Assembly: GCA_023251805.1 (NCBI GenBank)
Contig: JAHEYB010000002.1
Coordinates: forward strand, 35,038-99,037
DNA: 64,000 nucleotides
Source: Bacteroidota bacterium
GTDB taxonomy: Bacteria; Bacteroidota; Bacteroidia; 2-12-FULL-35-15
Direction of reading: 5' to 3'
Each line of letters starts with the position of its first letter. Within the stretch, counting starts at the first letter, position 1. The notes below the pieces were generated by a model. The model saw only the letters and a program-made list of their open reading frames with translations, searched no databases and was not told where the DNA came from. Both the position numbers and the translations under genes were made by a program. Of the stretch, positions 1 to 9,844 are shown piece by piece.

Positions 1-1523
1 CCTGTTACTTTTTCAAAAGCCAAACGCAATTGATGAATTTCTCCCGACCCAAATTTATTTGTTTCTAAATATAATTTCAGAGAAGCAAAAAAAGCATCGT
101 CACCTACATACTTGCGCAGCATATGAAGCACCTGTCCACCTTTATTATAACTATGCCCATCAAACATATCTTCTCTATCGTTGAATTGAAACCGAATTAA
201 GTTGACTTGTTTTCTATCTGCCTCTGCAAAATATCCTTCACGGGATTCGGCACTGAGATGGTCGGCTGCATCCAGTCCATACTTATATTCTTTCCATAAA
301 TATTCTCCATAAGTAGCAAAGGATTCATTCAAAGGCAAGTTGCTCCACGATTCGCAAGTGACTAAATCGCCAAACCATTGATGAAACAATTCGTGAGAAA
401 TATAATCTTCATAATCTTTGTCCAACAATTCTCGATCTGTTCTTTGTAAATATTCGCTGTGCAATGTTGCAGTTGTATTTTCCATTGCTCCCGAAACATA
501 ATCTCTTGCTACAATTTGTGAATATTTATTCCAAACATATTCTACCCCTAATTTGTTTGAAAAGAACTCCATCATTTCGGGAGTATTTCCAAAAATGGAT
601 CGGGCATAGGGCTCATACTCTTTTTCCACATAATAGCTTACTTCCTTTCCTCTCCATTTATCTTTCACAATTGCAAAATCGCCAACCGCCATCATTGCCA
701 AATAAGTAGAATGAGGAAATTCCATTTTCCAATAATCGGTGCGGGTTCCATCTCCGTTATCAAAGGAAGAACACAATTCGCCATTTGAAAGTGTAACATA
801 TTTCTTATCAACGGTCATGTAAATCTCCTGAGTCATTTTTTCATTTGGATGATCAATGGTTGGCATCCAAACCGAATTAGATTGTGTTTCGCCTTGTGTC
901 CATATTTCCATCGGTTTGTTTTTATCTTTCCCATCCGGATTAATAAAATACAAGCCCTTATCATCATTGATTGCAAGGCTTCCACCACCCTTTTTTAATT
1001 CGTTTGGCTTAGAAACGTAATCAATAAAAATTTTATACTCTTCGTTATTTTTATATTCTTTATCTAATTGAATCGCAATAATGTCGTTTTCATATTTGTA
1101 TTGAAGCGGTTTTTTTGTTTGGGCAATTTCTACATCATCCTCTAAATGCCCTGCAGGATCTTTCTTTTTACCTTTTGTAACAACAACTGTTGTTTGTACC
1201 AACGATACCTCTTTAATTTCCATTCCACGTGCATCCAAAAACAAGGTGGACGTTGGATAGAAATACGGTTTTATAGTAATTGTTGCTTTCCCATACATGT
1301 ATTGTTTTGTCCAATCAAAACTCACATCTAGCTTTGTATGTAAGACATCGCTTAATTGTGTTTCCGAAGCTTGGTAAACGATTGGTTCGGGGCTGCTCAC
1401 TGTTTCGATGGTGTCAAGGTTCATCACAAGTGGCTCTTCCGTTTCTGTTGTTTTTTTAAACAGATTGCAGGAATTAAAAATCAGCGCAGTAAAAAATATA
1501 AGAGAGAGATTTTTGAAAAACAT
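1..1523 (-). CDS. M1 family aminopeptidase, lipoprotein (3' end runs off window; absent from ORF track)
   Basis: Manual translation from ATG at 1523: MFFKNLSLIFFTALIFNSC (lipobox), SGAMENTT (GAMEN motif), HELFHQWFGDLVTCESWSNLPLNESFATY (HEXXH-18-E); frame open to window edge. Confidence 0.93.
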   Translation of the reverse strand, partial: MFFKNLSLIFFTALIFNSCNLFKKTTETEEPLVMNLDTIETVSSPEPIVYQASETQLSDVLHTKLDVSFDWTKQYMYGKATITIKPYFYPTSTLFLDARGMEIKEVSLVQTTVVVTKGKKKDPAGHLEDDVEIAQTKKPLQYKYENDIIAIQLDKEYKNNEEYKIFIDYVSKPNELKKGGGSLAINDDKGLYFINPDGKDKNKPMEIWTQGETQSNSVWMPTIDHPNEKMTQEIYMTVDKKYVTLSNGELCSSFDNGDGTRTDYWKMEFPHSTYLAMMAVGDFAIVKDKWRGKEVSYYVEKEYEPYARSIFGNTPEMMEFFSNKLGVEYVWNKYSQIVARDYVSGAMENTTATLHSEYLQRTDRELLDKDYEDYISHELFHQWFGDLVTCESWSNLPLNESFATYGEYLWKEYKYGLDAADHLSAESREGYFAEADRKQVNLIRFQFNDREDMFDGHSYNKGGQVLHMLRKYVGDDAFFASLKLYLETNKFGSGEIHQLRLAFEKVT

Positions 1524-1586
1524 ATAGTATTATTATTAAAAAGGACGGAGTAAATTTACGGAGAACAAATTGATTGGTTGAGATAA

Positions 1587-1624
1587 AAAAAGGAAAGCCT
1601 TGTTAAAACAAGGCTTTCCTTTTT
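1587..1624 (-). terminator. Intrinsic terminator downstream of C10 peptidase gene
   Basis: AAAAAGGAAAGCCTTG-ttaaaa-CAAGGCTTTCCTTTTT inverted repeat with A/T tails. Confidence 0.85.
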
Positions 1625-1639
1625 GATTAGAAAATTTTA

Positions 1640-4300
1640 TTATCTAACAATTGTAATTTTTTTGGTAATTACATTAGAGCCATTTTGAATATTTACAAAA
1701 TACAATCCTGCATCTCTGTCTGTTAAATCCAGTTCAACAGTCCCTCGTGATGTTACTTTAATTTGTTCACTGATTACTTTTTCACCTAACATATTAAACA
1801 CCTCAATCACCATGTTCTCATTTTCAACTTGTCCGAATTGAATGTTAACAATGTTTCTAGAAGGAACAGGATAAACTGTAATTTGATCCAGTGTTTCAGC
1901 CGAAGCAACATCTGTTGCAGACAAAACTGAAGGATCCCATTTGTAAATACCATCTAAGGTTGAACTTTGGTTAAAGCTTCCAGCCCATCCTGTAACTCCA
2001 TCAAGGAAAGAAACTGACAAAAACTGAACGGAACCTGTATCCACATTCATCATACTAGTACAATCATCCATACTGTAAGAAGAACCATTGCTTGGGAAAG
2101 CAGCAACGTTATGCCATCTAGAAGTGGTTCCCGGAACGAATGTAATGATTGGACGTTTCACCAAATATCCTGTTGGTGCTAAAGTTGTCCAAGTAGTTCC
2201 GCCATTAATAGTTTTTTTGATGTCATAAGGAATGGTGTCACTAACAGCAATTCCGGTATTTGCATCTTTAAATTTCATATTGAAACTAGAAGGGAATCCT
2301 GTAGTGTTTACCGTCCATGTAAGTCCTTTATCAGTTGATTTATACATTCTGCCTTTGTTAGTAGCAAACCATACTGTATTTCCAAAAGTTGTATATAAAT
2401 TTACAATTCCTGCTTCACTAGCAAGGGAATTAGGTAGGGATCCGGTTGAAACCTGTGTCCAAGTGGTTCCACCATTTGAAGTTGTATAAATAACAAAATC
2501 ACTAGCTGTTGTTGCTGTTGGGTCACCCATACAAACACCATTGTTCGCGTCAAAGAAGTGCACAAAATCTGCCCAGCTATTTGTGAATGGTGCGGTTGAC
2601 TGAATGGCCCATGTTGCTCCTCCATCAGTTGTTTTTACAATTGCTCCACCTGTTCCTGTTAAAGGAAACATACAAGCATATGCAGTTAAATAATCTACTG
2701 CAAAAATATTGGAACAACCATAATTTGTAGAACCTGTGAAAGTAATTGTCCCCGGAGTCCAAGTTGTTCCAGCGTTGTTGGTTCTTGTAAATTCTCTGAT
2801 ATATCCTGATGGATTTGTTCCATCATAAGCTTTTGCCCAAACAGTATTCACATCCACAATATCAATTTCATCAATTCCTCTTGAAGAAGCAACGAAAGAA
2901 GAATTTTGTCTGATCCACACTGTTGCCGCTCCGCCCACTTTAATGTAACGCTCTTTGGTCTTAATGTCTGAACCATTAATATTTGTTGCAGTTAAAGAAA
3001 TTACGTGATAGCCATTTGTGGCAAAAGTTACTCCAGTAGGGTTTTGTAATGTTGATGTTGCAGGTGTTCCTCCTTCAAATGTCCATAACCAAGAAGTAGG
3101 AGAGTTAAGAGAATTGTCTGTAAAATCAACAGGTGCTCCAATTGCAGGAATTGTATTACTAGCTGTAAAATTAGCAATAGGAACGATTCCAGACAATGGA
3201 CGAATACGAATTGTTGCTTGTTCGCCTGAACTAAAATTATATGATCCAGGATTTAAAGCAGTTAAATAAAAGTAGCCATTATAAGATCCAGCCCAACCCC
3301 AGTTAATGTGAAAGTGGTTTACAGGAATATTATAACCATCGCAAACAAATTCATGTCCTGCTGCTCCAGTACCATCATTTCCTGCCAGTAAACAAGGACG
3401 ACCTTGATCCATTTCTGCTTTGATTAAAGCATCCCAAGCAGCATCTGTAGAAAAGCTTGCTTTGTTTTTTGCTTCTGCACTTGGCTGATAAGCAAAATAA
3501 TTAATTAAAGCCGGGGCTACTGCTGTATTATAAGCTCCTGAACCAGCCGGAGCATAATTCATATCAACAGATATTCCAGCATGAGACATTAACGTTGCAA
3601 CAGCCGTTTTTTGTGCCGCTGTTGACGCACCAGAATAACTATTAAGCATACTTGCCCATTGGTAAGTTGTTGCTCCAAAATTTGCAGTAAGCGGCCCAGC
3701 GTATGCTGATGTATATGTATGAGAACCAACTCCAGTAGTTGGGTAGTTCCATTTTTTCATAATTTGAGACATCCCCGTAGCAACACATCCTGTTGGTACT
3801 CCGGCAGGACATAAATTGTTATATGGAGTTGTTTGATCCCAAGTAGTTGCACACAATGGAGAAACTGCACTAGGGGATTTAGTAAACTGCTCATTTAAAA
3901 TTTGATTCCACTCTAAAATTGTTTCAGCATTTGACGAGTTTGCATCAATGTTCTTGCTAATTTCCACGCTGTATCGATCAAAAAATGCTTGCGCGTTTTC
4001 AGGAATATTGTATCTACTAAGGTTTCCTTCTACTGAATAACCTATGATTGGGTGAATCATATCATCAGCAGGAACCATCACAAATCCACCTGAATTAAAA
4101 ATAAAGGTGTAGAAGGTAGTAACTCCGTTATACTTTGTTTCAAATGAATCGCCAATAGTAATATCGGTCACTCCATTTAATTTATAATGATCGTACCATT
4201 TTGTTGCTACCGTTTTAGCAACATCCATTGGAACTGAGTTTGCGAAAATAATTGTTACTAAAAACAACATCGCAATAGTTGAGAATAACTTTTTAATCAT
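1640..4300 (-). CDS. C10 (streptopain-like) cysteine peptidase with propeptide, PKD domain, BNR/Ycf48-like beta-propeller and T9SS type A CTD
   Basis: Signal peptide MIKKLFSTIAM (start moved to 4300); TGCVATGMSQIMK, GHEFVCDGY, HINWGWAG; PKD WTFEGGTP; repeated S/T-x-D/N-GG-x-TW boxes; C-terminal VYPVPS...GLYFVNI...KKITIVR. Confidence 0.9.
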   Translation of the reverse strand: MIKKLFSTIAMLFLVTIIFANSVPMDVAKTVATKWYDHYKLNGVTDITIGDSFETKYNGVTTFYTFIFNSGGFVMVPADDMIHPIIGYSVEGNLSRYNIPENAQAFFDRYSVEISKNIDANSSNAETILEWNQILNEQFTKSPSAVSPLCATTWDQTTPYNNLCPAGVPTGCVATGMSQIMKKWNYPTTGVGSHTYTSAYAGPLTANFGATTYQWASMLNSYSGASTAAQKTAVATLMSHAGISVDMNYAPAGSGAYNTAVAPALINYFAYQPSAEAKNKASFSTDAAWDALIKAEMDQGRPCLLAGNDGTGAAGHEFVCDGYNIPVNHFHINWGWAGSYNGYFYLTALNPGSYNFSSGEQATIRIRPLSGIVPIANFTASNTIPAIGAPVDFTDNSLNSPTSWLWTFEGGTPATSTLQNPTGVTFATNGYHVISLTATNINGSDIKTKERYIKVGGAATVWIRQNSSFVASSRGIDEIDIVDVNTVWAKAYDGTNPSGYIREFTRTNNAGTTWTPGTITFTGSTNYGCSNIFAVDYLTAYACMFPLTGTGGAIVKTTDGGATWAIQSTAPFTNSWADFVHFFDANNGVCMGDPTATTASDFVIYTTSNGGTTWTQVSTGSLPNSLASEAGIVNLYTTFGNTVWFATNKGRMYKSTDKGLTWTVNTTGFPSSFNMKFKDANTGIAVSDTIPYDIKKTINGGTTWTTLAPTGYLVKRPIITFVPGTTSRWHNVAAFPSNGSSYSMDDCTSMMNVDTGSVQFLSVSFLDGVTGWAGSFNQSSTLDGIYKWDPSVLSATDVASAETLDQITVYPVPSRNIVNIQFGQVENENMVIEVFNMLGEKVISEQIKVTSRGTVELDLTDRDAGLYFVNIQNGSNVITKKITIVR

Positions 4301-4422
4301 GGGTCTAAATTTAAGTGTATAACAAACTTGCGTCAATTTTTTTAAAAAAGCAAATAAATCTCGAAAATGCTGTAACATTCCTTTTAGTCCAAAATTATTA
4401 CAACTGGATTTCAAAAAAACAA

Positions 4423-4430
4423 TACATTTG
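4423..4430 (+). promoter_or_regulatory. Bacteroidota sigma-A -7 box
   Basis: TACATTTG matches TAnnTTTG, 4 nt before ATG 4435. Confidence 0.5.
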
Positions 4431-4434
4431 CTTT

Positions 4435-4938
4435 ATGCTAAAAGTAAAAGTAAATAATCAAAAAGAGCACACGATTGAACTGGAGAACATTTCTGCTGGA
4501 ATCATTGATGGGAAAGCTTTTTCTTGGGATGTAATAGAGGTTAAAAATGGTAGTTTTCATGTTATAAAAGACAACCGTTCTTACAACGTAGAGGTGATAA
4601 AAGTGGATGTATCAGAAAAAAGCTTTTTGGTAAGTGTGAATGGCAACAAATACCAATTAAATGTTAAAGATAAATTTGACGAATTGTTGAAGAGCCTTGG
4701 GTTTGATGATTTAAATGCGAAAAAAGTAAACGAAATAAAAGCTCCAATGCCCGGATTGGTATTGGATGTGAGAGTTTCTGAAGGCGATACGGTTAAAAAA
4801 GGAGACGCAATTTTAGTTTTGGAAGCTATGAAAATGGAAAACATTATCAAATCTCCAACCGATGGAACGATTAAGAAAATCAATGTAAAGAAAGGTGTTG
4901 CAGTTGAAAAAAATCAGGTGCTTATTAACTTTGGATAG
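4435..4938 (+). CDS. Biotin carboxyl carrier protein (acyl-CoA carboxylase biotin subunit)
   Basis: APMPG...LEAMKMEN biotinylation motif; start at MLKVKVNN. Confidence 0.92.
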   Translation: MLKVKVNNQKEHTIELENISAGIIDGKAFSWDVIEVKNGSFHVIKDNRSYNVEVIKVDVSEKSFLVSVNGNKYQLNVKDKFDELLKSLGFDDLNAKKVNEIKAPMPGLVLDVRVSEGDTVKKGDAILVLEAMKMENIIKSPTDGTIKKINVKKGVAVEKNQVLINFG

Positions 4939-4950
4939 ATGTCTTCCCTT

Positions 4951-5000
4951 ACGCTTCGACTACGCTCAGCGTGACGTCATACTGAGCGTAGTCGAAGCAT
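4951..5000. repeat. Inverted doublet of CGTC-type REP-like palindrome
   Basis: ACGCTTCGACTACGCTCAGCGTGAC followed by GTCATACTGAGCGTAGTCGAAGCAT. Confidence 0.85.
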
Positions 5001-5023
5001 AAGAGACTAAAAGCTACAAAAAA

Positions 5024-5788
5024 ATGGAAAACAATCGTAGAGATTTTATAAAAAAATCGGCATTAGCAATTGGTGCTATCGCTATTACTTCCTCTATTGG
5101 AAAAGCATTAACTAATTCAGAAAGTTTCGAAAAAGAAAACCCCTTATTGGACGGAGGAAAATATACACTCCCCGCTTTACCTTATGCATACGATGCCTTA
5201 GAGCCACACATTGACAAATTAACAATGGAAATTCATCACAGCAAACATCATCAAGCCTATGTCGACAATATGAACAAAGCCTTACAAGCGGCTGATGGAA
5301 ATGTATTGGGAAGTCCACAAACATTTGAAAACATTTTTGATAAGGTTGCAAAGCTTCAACCTGCGCTCCGCAATAATGCTGGCGGGCATTACAACCATTC
5401 AATGTTTTGGCAACTGATGCGCCCTGCAAAATCAGAAGGGAACTCCCCTGAAGGAAAATTAGCAGAAGCAATTAAAACCGAATTTGGTTCCTTTGAAGAA
5501 TTTAAAAAACAATTTGCAGAAGCTGGAATGAAACGATTTGGTTCTGGTTGGGTTTGGTTGGTAAAAACACCAGAGAAAAAATTTGTCATTACCTCAACCG
5601 CTAATCAAGATAACCCATTGATGAAGCTAGATTCCGTTGAAGTAAAAGGGGTGCCTGTATTAGCTTTAGATGTTTGGGAACATGCCTACTATTTAAAAAA
5701 TCAAAACAAACGTGCTGATTATATTGCTTCTTGGTGGAACGTGGTGAATTGGGAAATGGCGGAAAATTTATTCTCTCCTGTTAAATAG
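5024..5788 (+). CDS. sodA: Mn/Fe superoxide dismutase (Mn-type signature) with Tat signal
   Basis: NRRDFIKK twin-arginine leader; HHSKHH, NNAGGHYNH, ANQDNP, DVWEHAYY. Confidence 0.92.
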   Translation: MENNRRDFIKKSALAIGAIAITSSIGKALTNSESFEKENPLLDGGKYTLPALPYAYDALEPHIDKLTMEIHHSKHHQAYVDNMNKALQAADGNVLGSPQTFENIFDKVAKLQPALRNNAGGHYNHSMFWQLMRPAKSEGNSPEGKLAEAIKTEFGSFEEFKKQFAEAGMKRFGSGWVWLVKTPEKKFVITSTANQDNPLMKLDSVEVKGVPVLALDVWEHAYYLKNQNKRADYIASWWNVVNWEMAENLFSPVK

Positions 5789-5831
5789 TTTCAAATTTCA
5801 GATTGCAAAAACTTGAACCCTGAAATTTTTT

Positions 5832-6755
5832 TTACACCAATGCAATATCAAACTGCACCAAGTCCACAAACTCTTGAACGCGAGCGTCTACATCTTGACT
5901 TTTTAATCCGACTAAATTTTCGGTTCCAAATTTTTCTACACAAAATGATGCCGTTGCTGAACCAAAAATAATTGCACGTTTCATGTTTTCGAAAGAAATA
6001 TCTTTTGTTTCTGCTAAATATCCAATGAATCCTCCTGCAAAGCTATCCCCCGCGCCAGTAGGATCAAACACATCTTCTAAGGGTAATGCCGGAGCAAAAA
6101 ATACTTGTGTTTTATCAAACAACAATGCACCGTGTTCTCCTTTTTTAATAATTAAATATTTTGGTCCCATCGCCAAAATCTTTTGTGCTGCTTTTACTAA
6201 GGAATATTCCCCAGAAAGCTGACGCGCTTCACCATCATTGATTGCCAGCACATCTACCATTGCAATTGTTTCCACTAAATCATTCATGGCAATGTCCATC
6301 CAAAAGTTCATCGTATCCAAAACAATTAATTTCGGTCGGTTTTTTAATTGCAATATAACTTGTTGTTGAACTTTCGGAACTAAATTTCCCAGCATTAAAA
6401 ATTCACAATCCTGATAGGCATCCGGAACAACAGGATTAAACGTTTCAAGCACATTTAATTCAGTTGTAATTGTATCACGACTATTCATGTCGTTGTGATA
6501 TTTCCCTGCCCAAAAAAATGTTTTTTGATCTTTTATAATTTGTAGTCCATCGGTGTTGATGTGGTGCTTATGCAGCATTTGTATGTGCTCAGCCGGGAAA
6601 TCGCCACCAACAACAGAAACCAAATTTATTTTTTTTGTAAAATAAGATGCTGCAAGAGAAATGTAGGTAGCAGCGCCACCCAAAATTTTATCGGTTTTAC
6701 CAAAAGGGGTTTCAATTGCGTCAAATGCTACTGTTCCTACTACTAATAAGCTCAT
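5832..6755 (-). CDS. PfkB family carbohydrate/nucleoside kinase
   Basis: MSLLVVGTVAFD, GGAA, DPTGAGDSFAGG PfkB signature. Confidence 0.92.
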   Translation of the reverse strand: MSLLVVGTVAFDAIETPFGKTDKILGGAATYISLAASYFTKKINLVSVVGGDFPAEHIQMLHKHHINTDGLQIIKDQKTFFWAGKYHNDMNSRDTITTELNVLETFNPVVPDAYQDCEFLMLGNLVPKVQQQVILQLKNRPKLIVLDTMNFWMDIAMNDLVETIAMVDVLAINDGEARQLSGEYSLVKAAQKILAMGPKYLIIKKGEHGALLFDKTQVFFAPALPLEDVFDPTGAGDSFAGGFIGYLAETKDISFENMKRAIIFGSATASFCVEKFGTENLVGLKSQDVDARVQEFVDLVQFDIALV

Positions 6756-6782
6756 AATATTGATTTTTGTAAATATTTCGGG

Positions 6783-6790
6783 CAAATATA
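6783..6790 (-). promoter_or_regulatory. -7 box for pfkB-family gene
   Basis: TATATTTG on minus strand 27 nt upstream of ATG. Confidence 0.55.
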
Positions 6791-6863
6791 TTGCATAATT
6801 GCCTTGAACATACTAATATTGCACTCCTTTTTCGAAAAGGATATTAACCAGATACAAACAAAT

Positions 6864-6940
6864 TCCCTCTTAGCTCAGCTGGTTAGAGCATCTGACTGTT
6901 AATCAGAGGGTCGCTGGTTCAAGTCCAGCAGAGGGAGCCA
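6864..6940 (+). tRNA. tRNA-Asn (GTT), CCA encoded
   Basis: Acceptor TCCCTCT/AGAGGGA, D arm AGCTCAGCTGGTTAGAGC, anticodon arm TCTGA-CTGTTAA-TCAGA, T arm GCTGG-TTCAAGT-CCAGC. Confidence 0.98.
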
Positions 6941-6946
6941 AAGTAG

Positions 6947-6979
6947 AAGCCCTACAAACAAATGTTTGTGGGGCTTTTT
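6947..6979. terminator. Terminator between tRNA-Asn and convergent gene
   Basis: AAGCCCTACAAACA-aa-TGTTTGTGGGGCTT-TTT. Confidence 0.8.
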
Positions 6980-7002
6980 AATTTAATATTAAGTGTTACT
7001 AC

Positions 7003-7383
7003 TTACTTCCCTCCGTTTTTTACAATAAACCACCACAACGCTACATACACTGCTTCTGGTTTCGCTCCTCTGATAGAACTTGTAACATCGCTCATTTTTG
7101 CGATTGTACTTCCGCTTGAGTTATTGATATCGTTTCCAGAAATTTTAAGTACTGTGTTTCCACTTGCATTGCTAATTGTTTTTCCATCGCTATCTACTTT
7201 TCCAATTGTTGATCCACTTGCATTGCTAACAGTTCTTCCATCACTATCAATTTTCCCAACTGTTGATCCGCTAGAGTTGCTGATTGTTCTTCCATCGCTA
7301 TCCATTTTGTATTGTGCGGATGCAACACTTGAAATCGCAGTAAATACAAGTACTGCAACGATTGTTTTAATTGCTCTTTTCAT
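7003..7383 (-). CDS. Secreted Ser/Gly-rich repeat protein (resembles 5-fold beta-flower family)
   Basis: Signal peptide MKRAIKT...ASAQ; ~19-aa repeats DSDGRTISNSSGSTVGKI. Confidence 0.7.
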   Translation of the reverse strand: MKRAIKTIVAVLVFTAISSVASAQYKMDSDGRTISNSSGSTVGKIDSDGRTVSNASGSTIGKVDSDGKTISNASGNTVLKISGNDINNSSGSTIAKMSDVTSSIRGAKPEAVYVALWWFIVKNGGK

Positions 7384-7846
7384 GTTTGTTGTTTTAGTTT
7401 GTTTAATCAAATATAGTCTTTATCATTTGTAAAACAAGGCTCATTTTATTTTGAGTCTCTTTATTTAAGAATGCCAACAAGCTCATTAAAAACCATATAA
7501 AATCTTTTTAGTTTGAATTATTTTGTCTTTTAATTGCTGTTTAAACATTGTTTATTTACTTTAATAGCTGCCAAAACACTTGTTTATTAACATTTTGTTC
7601 AAAACAGTGGAAATTGTTAGTAAGACATTTTCTGCCAAAATTCATATTTATCAACTCTCCACATTTTATCAAAACAAATTTTCGAAAACAATAAAAACGG
7701 ATGTCTAATCACATTTAATTGTTTCCTCCTCTTTTTTCGAACACAATTACACAGCCTACATACAGCTACAATTATTATTTGTCGAATTTTTGAACCTTGT
7801 ATGCTTTATTATTTTGTAATTTTGTACGCGTTTATTTCGCACCCCT

Positions 7847-9814
7847 ATGGGCAAAGACCATCATCATCACGTTCACAAAGTTTCAGCTGCAGCGCTACTC
7901 GTTACACTCGGTATTATTTTTGGCGATATTGGAACGTCTCCTCTCTACGTATTAAAAGCAATTGTGGGCGATGGAAATGTTATTAACTCAAATACAATTT
8001 TAGGCGGACTCTCCTGTATTTTCTGGACACTGACTTTACAAACCACAGTAAAGTATGTAATTCTCACACTACGTGCAGATAATAAAGGCGAAGGTGGAAT
8101 TTTTGCCTTGTATGCACTCGTTAAAAAAGCTAAAATTAAATGGTTGATGTTCCCTGCAATTGTTGGTGGAAGCGCGCTTTTGGCGGATGGTTTCATTACT
8201 CCTCCAATTTCTATTGCTTCTGCAATTGAAGGCCTTCGTTCAGTAAGTCCAGGAATTCAAACCATTCCAATTGTAATTGCCATTTTGTTTGCCTTGTTTG
8301 CAATACAACAATTTGGAACAAAATTCATTGGCCGTTTTTTTGGGCCTGTAATGTTGGTTTGGTTTTCTATGCTAAGTATTTTAGGTGTAATACAAATTAC
8401 TTCCAATATAAATGTGCTTTGCGCGATAAATCCTTTATATGCATATAATTTATTAACTGGTCATCCTGAAGGGTTTTTGGTTTTGGGAGCCGTTTTCCTT
8501 TGTACAACTGGAGCAGAAGCACTTTATTCAGATTTAGGGCATTGTGGTAGAAAAAATATTCGCATCACTTGGTTTTTTGTAAAAGCTGCTTTACTAATAA
8601 ATTATTTTGGTCAGGGCGCATGGTTAATTGCACACCAAGGACAAAAATTAATAGTAAATCCCTTTTATAGTATTATGCCCGAATGGTTTGTTCCTGCTGG
8701 AATTACAATTGCTACAATGGCCGCTATTGTTGCCAGCCAAGCCCTCATCAGCGGGTCGTTTACTTTAATTAATGAAGCCATACGATTAAATTTTTGGCCT
8801 AAAGTAAAAGTAAAATATCCTACTGAACTAAAGGGGCAACTTTACATTCCATCCATTAATTGGTTTCTTTTAGCGGGTTGTATTGGCATTGTTTTGTATT
8901 TCAGGGAATCGGCCGGAATGGAAGCGGCATATGGTTTAGCCATTGTGCTTACTATGTTAATGACCACAACACTGCTTACTTATTATATGATTATTAAACG
9001 ATACAATAAAATTTTTATCTCCATTTGCTTGCTTGTTTATTTAAGCATAGAAACTTCTTTTTTGATTGCCAACTTGCATAAATTTACACATGGTGGATGG
9101 ATTACTTTATTAATTGCGAGCGTACTTATTATAACGATGCTCGTTTGGTATTATGCAAGAAAAATTAGAAATAGATATGTCGAGTTTGTAAAATTGTCGG
9201 AACACCTTCCTGTACTTGAAGATTTGAGTAGAGACTTAAGTGTCCCTAAATATGCTACACATCTGGTTTATTTGACAAGTGCAGATAATATTGAAGAAAT
9301 TGAATCGAAAATTATTTATTCGATTATGCAAAAACAACCCAAACGTGCCGATATTTATTGGTTTGTACACGTGGATGTTGTAGATGAACCTTATCGAATG
9401 GAATACAAGGTGTGTGAATTTATTCACGATGATGTCATTCGGATTGATTTCCGTTTAGGTTTCCGCATCGCCCCGAAAATAAATTTGATGTTTAGAAAAG
9501 TGGTGGAAGATATGGTAAAAAATAAAGAAGTGGATATTACCAGTCGCTATAAATCATTAAACAAAAATAATATCATTGGCGATTTTAGGTTTATTGTAAT
9601 TGAAAAGTTTGTTTCATACGAAAATGAATTGCCATTTTATGAAAAACTAATTTTAGATATTTATGGTTTCTTAAAACACATGAGTTTATCTGAAGCGAAA
9701 GCATTTGGGTTGGACACAAGCTCCGTAACCGTGGAAACAGTTCCATTAATTATAGCGCCACCAAAAGAATTAAATTTAATCCGAATTGAAGATTCGCCTC
9801 CTGCGAAAGAGTAG
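7847..9814 (+). CDS. kup: KUP/HAK/KT potassium transporter
   Basis: GIIFGDIGTSPLY, ADNKGEGG, TGAEALYSDLGH, GQLYIP; TAATTTTG -7 box at 7817-7824. Confidence 0.96.
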   Translation: MGKDHHHHVHKVSAAALLVTLGIIFGDIGTSPLYVLKAIVGDGNVINSNTILGGLSCIFWTLTLQTTVKYVILTLRADNKGEGGIFALYALVKKAKIKWLMFPAIVGGSALLADGFITPPISIASAIEGLRSVSPGIQTIPIVIAILFALFAIQQFGTKFIGRFFGPVMLVWFSMLSILGVIQITSNINVLCAINPLYAYNLLTGHPEGFLVLGAVFLCTTGAEALYSDLGHCGRKNIRITWFFVKAALLINYFGQGAWLIAHQGQKLIVNPFYSIMPEWFVPAGITIATMAAIVASQALISGSFTLINEAIRLNFWPKVKVKYPTELKGQLYIPSINWFLLAGCIGIVLYFRESAGMEAAYGLAIVLTMLMTTTLLTYYMIIKRYNKIFISICLLVYLSIETSFLIANLHKFTHGGWITLLIASVLIITMLVWYYARKIRNRYVEFVKLSEHLPVLEDLSRDLSVPKYATHLVYLTSADNIEEIESKIIYSIMQKQPKRADIYWFVHVDVVDEPYRMEYKVCEFIHDDVIRIDFRLGFRIAPKINLMFRKVVEDMVKNKEVDITSRYKSLNKNNIIGDFRFIVIEKFVSYENELPFYEKLILDIYGFLKHMSLSEAKAFGLDTSSVTVETVPLIIAPPKELNLIRIEDSPPAKE

Positions 9815-9844
9815 GGAAACGTGTTTGATAGCTCCGTAGCGTAG

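Noticed and set aside
7384..7846. Riboswitch upstream of kup
   Set aside because: No recognisable aptamer; the -7 box lies only about 22 nt before the start codon.
6864..7846. Prophage or ICE integrated at tRNA-Asn
   Set aside because: No integrase, phage genes or att duplication visible.
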